Below, in pieces: positions 12,468-25,830 of a stretch of DNA of 64,000 bases (its first letter is position 1; the number at the start of each line of letters is the position of its first letter). The position numbers and the translations under genes are program-made. Where the stretch lies: assembly GCF_006345805.1 (NCBI RefSeq), contig NC_043004.1:90582001-90646000 (forward strand). The letters run 5' to 3'. The stretch comes from Octopus sinensis. Lineage: Eukaryota. The notes beneath the pieces are model-generated. The model was not told the DNA's origin, did not search any database, and worked only from the letters and a program-made list of their open reading frames with translations.

Positions 12468-12879
12468 GTGAGTTATTTGATTGAACACTTTAGAGTTAAC
12501 CCGATCGGATCTCTTTAACGTGATTTCGTGGCTTGTTCTGCCATCGTTACCCCGTTCTCGACGACATTCTATGTCCCCACCACCATCGAAAGATTCTCAT
12601 CGTCACCACCACTAGCTCGCTTCAGTTGTCCCCTCCTCCGCTCTTCCTATGTCTTCAACGACATAATATAGTCGACTCGGATAGAGACACATAAAGAGGT
12701 GCATGTATACATATATACACATCTATATGCTATTATATATTTGTATAATATATATATACACCCGCACGTAGATTAAATATGCTATGTTGCTTATTGTCGT
12801 TCACTAGCGGCGGCTCTCATTAGAAAATTCGTGTCTGTCATCGACCCGAGCGAAAGACACGCAATTCTATGTATATATA

Positions 12880-13314
12880 TAAATAATAATATATTACATA
12901 AAATCATTATATATACATATATATTACATACTTACAGATATACGTATAAATGTCGATGCATATATATATATATGTACACTTTTGTATAAATGTCGATGTA
13001 TGTGTGCATACGCTTATATATGTAGATGTATATGTGGAGACTTATATGTTATATGTATATATACTGAAAGATATATGTAAATAATTGATATGCACATATA
13101 AAACGTCTCCTTCAACATATATATGCTTTCATATATATATATATAATATATATATATATATATAGACACACATATATACACACACACATATATACATATA
13201 TACACACACACATATATATACATATATACACACATATACATACACACACACATATATATATACATATATACCCACATATATATATATACACACACACATA
13301 TATATACATATATG

Positions 13315-13345
<31 letters not shown>

Positions 13346-13474
13346 ATGTATATATATATATATATTTATATATAGCAAGTGTTTGTCTTCCACCTGTCTA
13401 CGTTTGTTAACTTGTTTCCTTGTAATTCGCTTCATACATTCCCAGAATTATCGTCTTTTTTATATATACAGTAT

Positions 13475-13558
<84 letters not shown>

Positions 13559-14768
13559 GTGTCTATACAAGACTGTGTGTAATGTCAACTTAAATGGTAC
13601 ATGTAAGTATTTATATATGCGTGTATATGTGCATATGCAAATGTACACGGTGTCTGTTTATGTGTATACTTGTGTATCTACACACTTATATTTAGTCATA
13701 TGTATATACATACAGACATGCATACATTGTGTCAATCTTTTCGTGAATACATGCACATTATGAGTAGTATACATCAACAAGCATTTTAAATACCCTTAAA
13801 TACATAAACGTATATACATATATATGAATGTATGTGTATATATATATATATATATATATACGTTTGCATATTTAGCCATGTATATATGTATACATACATA
13901 TATAAACATAAAGATACATACATATATATTTATATACACATATATACACATATAAATATATACGTATACACACACACATACACACACACATACATATACA
14001 CATACATATATATATATATACATACACACACACACACCACACACATATATATACATACGGTTATATACGCGGGTATCTGTCTGCATACGCTTATATATGA
14101 GGATATCTATGCATACATTTATATGTTGATGTATATATGTATACTTTTATATAAATGTCGATGTATATATGTATACTTGTATATAAATGTCGATGTATAA
14201 GTGCATAACTTATATACGTAGATGTATATATGTATTCGCTTATATATGTAGATTTATATATAGAGATGATTGTGTATTCGTTTATATATGTCAATGTATA
14301 AATGTACACGTTTATATATGTCGATGTATAAGTGTGTACGTTTATATATGTAGATTATGTGCGTATACTTTTACATATGCAGATGTTTTTGTGTATACGT
14401 TTATATATGCAGATATTTATGTTTATATATGTTGATGTGTATACATTTGTATATGTATATGTTTATATGTATAGATGTCTGTGTATACGTTTATATATGT
14501 AGTGATATGTATATGCGTCTATATAGTTATAGATGTGCATGTGTATACATTTATGTATATGTGGATACGCTTATATATGAATGTATATATATGTATACGT
14601 TTATGAGGATGTGTGTATGTATATATGTGTGTGTTTGTGTATATGCGTTTATATATGTAGATATATTCGCTTATGTGAGGCTAATGCACAAATATGTAGA
14701 TGTGTGTGAGTACGCTTATATATATTTTAGTTAACGTTTGTAAATATATGTATACGTCTATATCTATC

Positions 14769-14809
<41 letters not shown>

Positions 14810-15060
14810 ATCTTTCTATCTATCTCCATACAGACATATAAATGTAAATATATATATAAATATAGGTATACAGTTACGTAAATTGTGTGTGTATATGTAT
14901 CGGTTTGTATACATGTTGGTTGTTTGTATACATTTACATGTATGTACCTTGAGGTTTTATGTGTTTGTCTATTTCAGTGTGTGCGTTTGCATATGTAAAA
15001 TGCATGGATGTATACATATAAACTGTGTCTGTATGCATCTCTTGTCTAAAAACATACGTA
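12880..15060. repeat. Degenerate (TA/CA/TG) low-complexity block containing a ~30-bp imperfect tandem unit (GTATACGTTTATATATGTAGATGT-like, ~14100-14720)
   Basis: Directly visible. Confidence 0.85.
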
Positions 15061-15746
15061 GATAGATATTCATGCGTACAAACATAAAATATGCATTTAT
15101 AATTTTCAGAATTCTGTCTGTGTAAATACGTAGAAAAATAGATAAAATCATTTTTGTGTATGTGGTTCACACACACACTCACAAACACACACACACGTGC
15201 CTATACACATACAAAATTCATATCAGTAATAAGTGTAGTATATAGCAATTTCCTATATTCTTTATTATATTTGTGGCAAAGATTAAGAATGGTGTCCATA
15301 GCCTGCGATGAAGGTATGAACAGAATATTGAATGAACTCCAGTTGGTGTTCGTTTCGTAAGCCTCTATAAATTGTCATAAATATACATAAATGTGTAAGA
15401 CTTGAAAATTGATGTAGATATGTATCTGTTTTGTCACTCCTCATCTCTCTTTGTCTCTCTATATATTGATATATACATATGTATTCATGCACATGTATGT
15501 TCGTGTGTGTGTGTATTTGTGTGTCCGTTCGATGTTCTTTCCGTGTAAAATACGCATAATCATATACAAGGAATGCATTATATTTAATTTCTTAAATTTT
15601 ATGCTTATGACATCTGCTGTGAGTGCGTGTGATTGTGTTTATATATGTAAGTATATACATGCACATACGTTCATATGTATATATACACACACCTCTATGT
15701 ATGTATGTCTATATGATGTGTGTGTGTGTATATATATATATATAAG

Positions 15747-15781
<35 letters not shown>

Positions 15782-17515
15782 ATGAACAAACTGAGACATT
15801 GAAGTGACTTAACTTTCTAAAACTTGATATGTGCTCTACTAAAATGCATTGAGTAATGCTTTAATTCAATATAAAATTATTTTCTTATTTATAACTTAAC
15901 ATAAATAAAGACATTAACATATCTATAGATGTATATTATGTATATATGTGTATGAATGTGTGAGTAGGTATTTGCATATATACGATTGTATAAGCACCAG
16001 TGTACTTATACATTCATATATATATATGCATGTACGTGTATATATGTGTGTGCTTGTGTATTGGTTATGTATGTATATATTATGCATGTATGTAAAAATA
16101 GTGAATTAGCAGAACTGTTTGGGTGATTGATAGAATGCATCGTGATATTTCTTCCAACTCATTGCATTCTGACGTTAAATCCTGCAGAAGTCCACTTAAT
16201 CTGTTTTCCTTTGGGGTTGATAAAAGGAATTGTTAATCCAGAGCAGTGGATTGGTGAAACGATTAGTCAGGAAGTATCTCCTACTCTCTAGCTGTCTCCT
16301 CTAGCTCTTTTGGTTCTTTACATTTTGACAGCGATTACCTGTGACGATACTGGTTCCGAACTGTATTGGCCCTTGCCTTGCTTTTTTCTTTTGTATAACA
16401 TTGGCAATGTGATGTGATGAGGTGAGGGGATATGCAATGTATAGACAGAGATGCATACAACTGCTAGTTTCTACAAAGTAAGCCGAGGCCTGCATACAGG
16501 TGCAGATAGCCAGTCCTGACAGACAGGTCTTGCATGCATATGCATGTGCTTATAAGCATGCATATACTTTTTTCTATTATTTCTGTTGAAATTGGCTCAA
16601 TCACTGCAGACTACTTTCAAATATAGTACTCAGCACATAATACAAGTTTAGAGTTTTGTATTTTAAAATTAGCAGGCTATCATTTCAACCTAAGGTCATT
16701 ACCATGATACTTAACTAATGATTTAAGATTGAAACAATGACCATTGTGCCATTGTGTGTGTGTGTGTGTGTTTATGTATAATCACACACACATACACTAT
16801 TTCTTTTTGTATATGTCTAAGTTTTATATCAGGCAGGAGTCAATGTAGGATATTTGCTATGTTGATGATACCTATTAATGTAGACATATATATACACAAC
16901 TGTCATTTTGTTCCCAGAAAAGTACAGACTCTTTTCTGTAGTAGCGAGTTGATTCTGTCAGATTATTGCATCATTTGAAATTTTTTGTAATTGTTCATCT
17001 CTTGAAGTGAACATGATTTCAGTTGATGAAGAATTTGTCTTGTATGTTATTTAGTATATCTTTTTTTTCCCCACTGTTATCCAAATTCATGCTACAAGCA
17101 TGAGTCTTAGCTCACATTTTGTTTTAATTATGCATATTACCCAATCTTGTGGATGTTCTCTGCTCTTTTTGTAGATGTCTAAGTCTTATCTCTGGTTGGA
17201 GTCAAGTTTGGACAATAGTTGTACTGATAATGCCTCCTGGGACAGAAACCTGTGTTCAGCTGTCCTCTTCTCTCTAGAAAAAAAACAAACCAGATGACTT
17301 TTCTTTAGTAGCATGTTAATTTGAGAAAAATTGCTTGAGAATATTTCCTCTTTTCAGGTTTAACTGCAATTGCTGTTAGGTGCTTGTTTACTTCCTCTCA
17401 AAGGGAAGATAATTTCAATAAATCACAGATTTATATCTTTGTTGTCAAAATTCATGTCACTGGCCATTGAGTTATTTCTTTTATCTAATTTTCATTTTAT
17501 ATATATATATATATA

Positions 17516-17824
17516 TGCCGGTGTCATGTAAAAAGCACCATCCGATCGTGGCCGTTGCCAGCCATGTCTGGCCCCCGTGCTGGTGGCACGTAAAAATCAC
17601 CATCCGATCGTGGCTGTTTGCCAGCCTCGTCTGGCACCTGTGCCGGTGGCATGTAAAAAGCACCCACTACACTCACGGAGTGGTTGGCGTTAGGAAGGGC
17701 ATCCAGCCGTAGAAACACTGCCAGATCAGACTGGGCCTATTGCAGCCTTCTGGCTTCCCAGACCCCAGTTGAACCATTCAACCCATGCTAGCATGGAAAG
17801 CGGACGCTAAATGATGATGATGAT
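17516..17824 (+). mobile_element. Retroposon 3' tail family B with two ~60-bp upstream tandem subunits
   Basis: Repeated GTGGCA(C/T)GTAAAAA(G/T)CACC starts, followed by the standard tail and (GAT)n. Confidence 0.88.
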
Positions 17825-18991
17825 ACATATATATATATATATAGCAAAAATGATCTAAGAGCAGTAACTCAGAGTGGCTAGTGGCCTGTATTTGAACAAC
17901 AAAAATATGGGTAATTAAATACTATACAGGACAGATTTTTGATGTATTGAAATTATTTCCATTTCCAGGGATTCTAGAATAATTTCTTGGTGGTAGTTAA
18001 GCTCAATTCCAAAGGAGGAGAGATAATATCAAGAATCAAGAAATCTCCAAAATTGACATACCACTAAAGAAAAGACTGTCTGGAGACAACAGGATAGCTG
18101 CACTTCTGTGTTTCTGCCTCAGTAGACATCGTCAATACAGTAACTATTCTGCCTGATCTCTAGCAGAAGTGACTGCTAAATATATTGACTAGAACACATT
18201 TATGGCCTAGCTAATTTGAATAAACAAAACAAAAGTGGGCTAAGGGAAATGATCCAGAGCGGTTGGAGGCTTTTATTTGAACAACAAAGACAAATAAAGA
18301 TGTATTAATTTTGTAGTCAACTTTGACTTTCATCCTTTGGGATTGATAAAAAATGTACTATTGCTTTTGAATATAGAAATGTAGAAATTCCCTTTAAAAA
18401 AATGTGCATGTAATTCTTATTGCATAGCTTTTGAAAATATGTCATGTTCTAATTTATTTATTCATCATCGGATAATTTAATATTATATTCATCAGGAGTC
18501 TAACCGTTAAGAATTATAATTATGGAAGTTGCTTGTAGTCCAAATTAAAACTGGAGACCTGGTCTGAATTCTTTGAATAAAGTGAACTGACAATTACAAA
18601 TACCACAAGGTACTTCTGTCTGACTCTAGCAATTCTATCACAAGGTCTCTGAAACTAGTGGAAGGAAGGCTGGAAGATATTGTCAACTAGATCTTGCTTG
18701 AATGTGAGCAATGGAGTGAACTCTGTTAAAAAGGTACTAAGGACCTGTAACAATAGTCTTCCTCCTATCCTGATCTGGGACTTTCATTGATTAATATGCA
18801 GCTATTTGGCCAATGTACAATCAACATGGCATTCAAAATTGCAATATTAGGTATCTCAGTAGCTATTTTATGGGATAAGGTACTGCAGATATTACTCTCA
18901 AAGGATTTGAACTCAGCCAGAAAGAATACAAAGAATACTCTGAGGCATCCTATAGGTCACTAATAGTTTTACTAATGTCTGTCTGTCTGTC

Positions 18992-19430
18992 TGTCTTCTT
19001 CCTTCCCTCCCTCCCAACCGAGATCCAAGGATCCTCCATTTGTCTTCTTCATTCCCTCCCTCCCAACCGAGATCCAAGGTTCCTCCATTGGAATTTCAAC
19101 ATCAGAGTGCTTATGTATGTATATGCAGATTTGTATGTATATATTTAAATGATAAACTTCTGGAAAGTTTGACAGATTTTTACAGTTCCAGTGAAGGATT
19201 GGATCTGTAGTCTTTGAATTAGCTTTCTGATTTTGAGAAGCCTAATTTCTCAAGATTGGTATTTTGGCAGCTTGTTGCATATGCCAGGGCTCCAATAATT
19301 ACAGGTATAAACCTGAACTTGTAATCTGGATAGAGTAACTGCAGATGTCTCAATAGTTCAGCTTTATGTTAACATCCACTGGGCAGCTAATTTCCACAAC
19401 TGTGCACAGTTTCTCTTCTCTATCCCATGT
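18992..19430 (-). mobile_element. 3' end of a non-LTR retrotransposon with a restriction-like endonuclease (R2/R4/CRE-type); 49-bp tandem duplication in the 3' UTR (18992-19089)
   Basis: Minus-strand translation WDREEKLCTVVEISCPVDVNIK..LLRHLQLLYPDYKFRFIPVIIGAL..LEKLGFSKS..LQIQSFTGTVKICQTF; abuts (CTGT)n and (ATGT)n. Confidence 0.65.
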
Positions 19431-19988
19431 ATGTATGTTTGTCTGTTTGTAGACAAACTTGACAAACATACAGAACTTAAGGAAATCTGAAGAGATAACA
19501 CAGGAACTGATTTACATTTTCAATAGTACATGTTTGAAAGGGAAACTTTTTCTCTTATGGTTGGTGTTAAGAAGGAATTCCAGCATGGAGACCATGCTGA
19601 AAATAAAGTATGAGCAATTAACTCAGAATAAGAACTGATTTTGACTGTGACATTCTTTAACCCATGCTAGCAGGGAAAGCAAACATAGAATGATGAATCC
19701 AGGTTAGTGGATTGATTGGATTGTTAGTGTTGCATAAAATGTTTTGAGTCATTAGCACTGTTCCTGTGAGAGCTCTGATGCTTTACCCTTGGTGGTGTGG
19801 AGAATGGAGACTTGTTGCTTGTGCAGCTGCTAGTGTTCTGTATAAAAAAAAATACTTTGATCTGATCTGACCTGTGCACTGGAGAAAAACTTTCCAGCTA
19901 CATATGTATGGTTACCCCTAAATGATGAAAGCCTTGGAATGCATCCATCTATACACACACACACTTGTATATGCATACATATGTGTGT

Positions 19989-20038
<50 letters not shown>

Positions 20039-20039
<1 letters not shown>

Positions 20040-20922
20040 TAGGTCATTAAAAATGGAATGTCTGATTTTGAACTGAAAGTTTATTTTACTTTATCTCAAC
20101 AAAAAACAGTTAATCAAAATATGCACCTAAATTATCAGCACAATTTTGACATTTTATCAGTAGCTTATTTATGCCTGCAATGAAGAATTCATGATAGCAG
20201 GAGGTGATGAAACCATGAAAGGATGCTTTTGCATCTTCTTCAGACATGAAATTTTTTCCTTACAAAAAATTGTCTACTGCTTGGAAAACATGATGGTCAG
20301 TTGGTGCAAGGTCTGGTGAATATGGTGGATGACAGAGTACTTTCAAGTTCAGTTCCTGTAACTTGAGTAGCATTCTTTGTGCAACATGTGGTTGAGCATT
20401 GTCTTGCAAGAATTGGCCTGTCTCTATTGACCAGTCTTGGTTGTTTAATTGCAAGTTCACTCATCATTTCATCCAACTTGTTGATGTATACACCTGCTGT
20501 AATTGACTTTCCAGGTCTCATGAAGCTGTAATGGATGACACCATTAGCTTTTTTTTGGAGAATATTCTTTTTTGGATTGTGTTTTGGCACTTTGTCTCTA
20601 TCCAACCACTGTGCAGAGCACTTACTATTGTTGAAAAGAATCCATTTTTCATCACGCGTAACAATACAATGCAAGCGCAAAAATGGTTCACTTTTATGCT
20701 GTGACAGCAAAGAAAAGCAAGTTTCAAGACAATTTTTGAACTATCCATAGGTTCATAAAAATTTACTTACAAGAGAAAACACAATATATAATAAAGACAC
20801 CATGCATTCCAAAAAGTGATGTAACTCTTCAATGTTGTAAAACAAACAATTGTCAGAATAAAACATTAGACTATCAAACTTGGTGCATAAGAAAATCGGA
20901 CATTTCATTCTTAATGACCTGA
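20039..20922 (-). mobile_element. Mariner (DD34D, Hsmar1/cecropia-like) transposon, internally deleted, both TIRs present
   Basis: IVTRDEKWILF, QDNAQPHVA, HPPYSPDLAPTD motifs; ~31-bp TIRs TTAGGTCATTAAAAATGGAATGTCTGATTTT versus the reverse complement TCAGGTCATTAAGAATGAAATGTCCGATTTT; TA at the right end. Confidence 0.92.
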
Positions 20923-20948
20923 TATCTGTCTGTCTGTCTGTATATATA

Positions 20949-20986
<38 letters not shown>

Positions 20987-20994
20987 TATATATG

Positions 20995-21131
20995 AGCGTT
21001 AGGAAGGGCATCCAGCCGTAGAAACATTGCCAGATCAGACTGGGTCTGGTGCAGCCTTCTGGCTTCCCAGACCCCAGTTGAACTGTCCAACCCATGCTAG
21101 CATGGAAAGCAGACGCTAAATGATGATGATG
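20995..21131 (+). mobile_element. Retroposon 3' tail family B, 5'-truncated
   Basis: GCGTTAGGAAGGGCATCCAGCCGTAG...AAATGATGATGATG. Confidence 0.88.
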
Positions 21132-21177
21132 TATACATATATATCAGTTACACCACTGCCACTACTATCAGCTTAAT

Positions 21178-21733
21178 GTCCCATGCTTACGTATGTCAGA
21201 AGACGTGGCACCCACCAAGTAGAAATGTTCATCAGGCAAAGTTCATTGTGCAGAATATTCCCATCTCTCTCATGGGATATGCTAATAGATTTGGCCATTT
21301 GCTTTATAGTCAATCACCTGTCATCCACCACCATAGGGTGAACATGACCAATGTTTTCCTTGGTGGCAGCAGTTGCAGGATGTTCAAACCTTGGGTCGTC
21401 TTCAAGACTCTCTGTTCCCCTCTGAAATTCAGCTGCCCACTTTTGCACTGTAGATAAAACTGGAGCATCACCCTCTAATGTAGCAATTATATCAGCATCA
21501 ATACTTGTTAACACCACAATGTGAATTTGGTCAGTTTTTTGTTTTGTTGATTTTCAAGAGAAGTCACTAGTAGTTCCTTTTGATGTCTTCTTTGAACTGT
21601 TAGATGTCAGAGTACCCAGAAAGAAAGAATGCAATTATTAATATGAAGAGTTGATATTAATGCATGCAAGATTTCACAGCTCTAGCATCACTCCTTCATA
21701 GTCAGCCTGTGAACTTTCCATCTCACCCTTGTG
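21178..21733 (-). mobile_element. Second mariner element: 5' end and N-terminal HTH region
   Basis: DAPVLSTVQKWAAEFQRGTESLEDDPR..HPATAATKENI..VVDDR, continuing to a WWVPRLLT-like motif; TA-CACAAGGG 5' terminus. Confidence 0.8.
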
Positions 21734-21842
21734 TAAAAATTAGTGAAAAGTAGCTTGTCAGTTTCAAGAAGAAACTGACAAAATATCTTCTGCAATTCAG
21801 TTAAATTTTGAAATCTGGATCACATGTTAATTTTGCAAAAGT

Positions 21843-22380
21843 TAGTCATTGACAACTTATGTTATAAGTTGAAAGTCATGTTATTTATAAGTTGAAAGTC
21901 ATGTCTCTGCTCTCCTTAAAATACCAAAGTCAAATACTAGTCTGAAAAAGTAAAGGGTGTACCACAAAGTAACATTTTATATCCCCTTTTGTTTCCCATC
22001 ATATATAGAATAATGTTATAATTGATCAGTCTGCAGCTAGAGGGAGTGAAACTAAAGTAGTATACAAAATCTAGGTGAATGAAGTTATTTATATCTCAGA
22101 TGACAGAAAGTTAGGCTAGTCATTGACAACTTATGTTATAAGTTGAAAGTCATGTTATTTAGGTAGGTCTCTGCTCTCCTTAAAATACCAAAGTCAAATA
22201 CTAGTCTGAAAAAGTAAAGGGTGTACCACAAAGTAACACTTTATATCCCCCTTTGTTTCCCATCATATATAGAATAATGTTATAATTGATCAGTCTGCAG
22301 CAAGAGGGAGTGGAACTAAAGCAGTATACAAAATCTAGGTGAATGAAGTTATTTATACCTCAGATGACAGAAAGTTAGGC
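21843..22380 (+). repeat. Tandem duplication of a ~270-bp unit (21843-22116 and 22117-22380)
   Basis: Two nearly identical copies read directly; the first has an extra short internal repeat. Confidence 0.92.
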
Positions 22381-23888
22381 AAATAACAACACATTCTTTT
22401 ATACTTTAAAATGCCATACCTTCTGTTATGCACACACCCCACACCACCATCTTCAAAGTTTCATTTTGCTCTGAGAGAGAAAAACAATTCAAAACAATCA
22501 AATGTGTTTGTGACAAACTGTCAACTACTAGCTGAAATCTTAGGATAATGAGAACTTTCATTACAAAAAAAAAGAAAAAAAAGTATTCTGAAATATGTTA
22601 ACCTTCTGAAATCCTAAGTTACAGTAGACTGCTGCTCTTAACTTTGGTTTCCTAACAGGAGAGGCTTTATCTACCAGCTGGAGAAATTTTCATTTTTCAT
22701 GAAACAGATAACTCAAGTTGGAGACATGAACAACAGTGAACGAACTCTCATTCAGTCTCTAACTCTCTGGAATGCCAATGGAGATGTTGTCTTTATATAT
22801 GGAAACTATTTCAAAGTCTTATTCCAAAGTTTGGCATAACATGAAACATGGAGCCAGAAGAGTAGAAGGCATATCAAGTATCTTGCTTCAAACATCTTTT
22901 ACTACAAAATGACATTTTAAGAGTCACAATAACATTATTATCTGCTAAAAATTCAGGTAGAACATAACCTAAGTTCTCCTGAGAACATTGAAATGATATT
23001 TAGATGTACTACTTCCTTGAGTTCCAGTTGAGCTATTTCTAAAGAGTTACATCTAAAGATGAGCCGATTAGGGAGCCTCTAACTTGCCTTATTGCAAATA
23101 ACAGCCAATTTTCTCTCAATTCTCTTATTTTCAAGAACATAGGAGCACACATTAGACAATATCCTAGATATCACCTCAAGATTCCTTGACTGGAAAGTTT
23201 TGATAAGTCTAGATCAGAGCTGACCTGGATTAAACAACAAAAACAACATATAAGGACAGGCTTATAGGAGAGTCTCTATGTGACTACTCAGTCTACTAGA
23301 GATAGTTGCCATGTTAGAATGCTTTTCATCATTAGTCTGCTTGATCATGGCAGACCTTGGGTTAAACAACAACCAGAAGTAAGTTCCATTAGTTTGCTGA
23401 TCCTTGAAGTAATGATACTCAACATTAATCTTGAATCCTAGGATATGCAGCAGAGGTAACACCTGTTGCATATCCTAGGGCGATATTCAGCAGGTGCATA
23501 TTGCCCTAGGATATCCATAGAACATTCATTTTACTAAAGATAGTGCTTTAGCATGGCCTTTGCAGTGGTGGTGAAAGTGAAGTAAAAAATCTGGAGTATT
23601 ACAGTATTTATGTGAATGTGTGTGCATATATATTCTCTTATTGAATTTTGCCTTTGGACTGTGGCCATGCTGAGTATATCTTTAAGGATATACTTGACTT
23701 GTGTTTCTTAGCTGCAGAAGGACGAAAAATGAAGTTAATTTGCATGATATTTGTTTGAACTGAGAAGGTAAAGAGTTCTAGCCAGATATCATAAGATATG
23801 TTGTCTTAAGCTCTATTGATTCTGGTGTCAATATCATACACTTAAATGTCTGTATATATATACACAAACACATATATATATATATTTA

Positions 23889-24078
23889 TGCGGGTGGCAT
23901 GTAAAAAGCACCCACTACACTCACGGAGTGGTTGGCGTTAGGAAGGGCATCCAGCCGTAGAAACACTGCCAGATCAGACTGGGCCTGATGCAGCCTTCTG
24001 GCTTCACAGACCCCAGTTGAACTGTCCAACCCATGCTAGCATGGAAAGCGGACGCTAAATGATGATGATGATGATGAT
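23889..24078 (+). mobile_element. Retroposon 3' tail family B
   Basis: Standard sequence with (GAT)n tail. Confidence 0.9.
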
Positions 24079-24424
24079 AATGATTTTATGTCCATTCTAC
24101 AATGCTGGTGTGGGTTGGATATGGTTTCACAACTTTGTGTCCCCTCTTATTATCCGGTACATGCAGCGACAGAGAAAAACTAAACCTGTTATTATGTCAT
24201 ATTTTTACAATTTTTTCAGGCATAAGATTGTATTCTTATCACCAACTACTCTAAAGTATAGATAGACTGGGTGCATTTTATTGTTCCACTGGATTCATAG
24301 AAGTTGTTTCTGATGACAAAAAAAAAAGTCCTTTTTCTTCTCTTTTGTTTGGTCTCCTTTTCTTGTTTTGTTTTAGTTGTTGGTTGCCTGGATGTAGCTT
24401 CTGTGTGTGTGTATTATTATCAGG

Positions 24425-24632
24425 ACAGCTAGCTGGTAGAATCATTAGCTCACCAAGTGAAATGCTTAGCAGTATTTCATCTGTCACTATGCTTTGAGTT
24501 CAAATTCTGCTGAGGTCGACTTGGCCTTTCATCCTTTTGGGGTTGATGAAATTAGTACCAGTTGAACACTGGAGTCAATGTAATCGATTTATCCCCTCTC
24601 CTGAAATTGTTGGCCTTGTGCCAAAATTTGAA
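24425..24632 (+). mobile_element. SINE family C copy, CpG-decayed
   Basis: GAGTTCAAATTCTGCTGAGGTCGAC..CATCCTTTTGGGGTTGATGAAATTAGTACCAG. Confidence 0.8.
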
Positions 24633-24829
24633 ATTATTATTATTATTACTGTTAGCATTATTATATTACCAAAGACTGAGTCATTTGATCAATTTGTGGC
24701 ACATTCTTATCAATAATATGTTTATTCTCAGTTTCTGTGTCTTGATGTTCCTCTAAGGTTTAAGCAGGTTGCATACCTATAGGCATTAATCTACAGAAAA
24801 ATTCTTTAGAAAAAGCTGAAATGGAGTCT

Positions 24830-25830
24830 CATAGAATGAATTTTCCCCTTAGAACTGCATGTGAAACTTGTGAACAGTCCCAAAATTAACTGCAAAGATT
24901 TTAATGTAGATGATATTTGACTTTGTAAAGAAGAAGTTGCAAAAGGTCCACTAGTATGCTTCAAACCATGTATATGTATCACTTGAACTGATTTGAGTCT
25001 TGTTTGTGGGCATTTTGCCCTTTTATCTCTATAATTGGTGTTTATAATGTTATATCAGTACTGTGTTTGCTTAACTATAAACATGTTTTACACAGTGGAG
25101 AATGGTATTGTAAAAATTAGGGCACAGTTCAAATGGAATGTAAATGTCAACAAAAGATCCTAAGAATTTGCAAAACATAATACTTCATCTCAGTTTTATG
25201 TAAAATAGAAGAGATAAATCTTCTCCTGGACAGGGTAGTGCAAGGTATGCTGATGTGCAAAGCATAAAATGTTCCAGTTAAGTACATAGTGATGTAATTG
25301 TTAGTGTGTTTTGGTTTGAAGATGCAATCTCCTAAAATCAGTATAGTCAACCATTGATGGATGTATGCAATTAGAAGACAAGCAAGGGACTATACTTGCA
25401 TAGAAATAATAATTTCAAAATCAAAATACTTAAATTGTTAATATATCACTGACTAAGATACTAGTTGTTGTTCAGCCTTTTATTCAGACAGGTTTGTCAT
25501 GGCTAGAATGTCTTTTTATTTAACTCAGTCAAAAGCCATAGTAAAATACTCTCACATGTGAGATGGTACTCCTTCAAACCCAGACATTTTAGATCATGTT
25601 TAGCCACAAACCACTCAATTGATTAATATGAAGTTATTCACAAATTCACTCTGACTACTGGCTCATGGATGCGTTGTCTCCTGTTTCTGCCTTTTTCAAT
25701 GGTCTTAGCTCTTTGGAACTGGATGGTCTTGTCCCATCTCCAATCGAATACTTTTGACTTATCTCTCATCCTCATTGTCCATATTGTTTCCAATCCCCAA
25801 ACTCTGAACCAACCTCCCCAAAACATAGCC
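24830..25830 (-). mobile_element. Highly degenerate piggyBac-like transposase remnant
   Basis: Scattered minus-strand motifs: EYFTMAFD..ILAMTN, TLSRRRF, KGQNAHKQ. Many stops, so the assignment is tentative. Confidence 0.4.

Noticed and set aside
28-16000. Numerous [12 protein letters not shown]/poly-V/T/Y ORFs and the 273-aa ORF at 11367-12188
   Set aside because: Translations of microsatellites and of a purine-rich tract.
17357-17470. Phase-1 exon 2 candidate after a strong TTTCCTCTTTTCAG acceptor
   Set aside because: No credible donor occurs before the stop codon.
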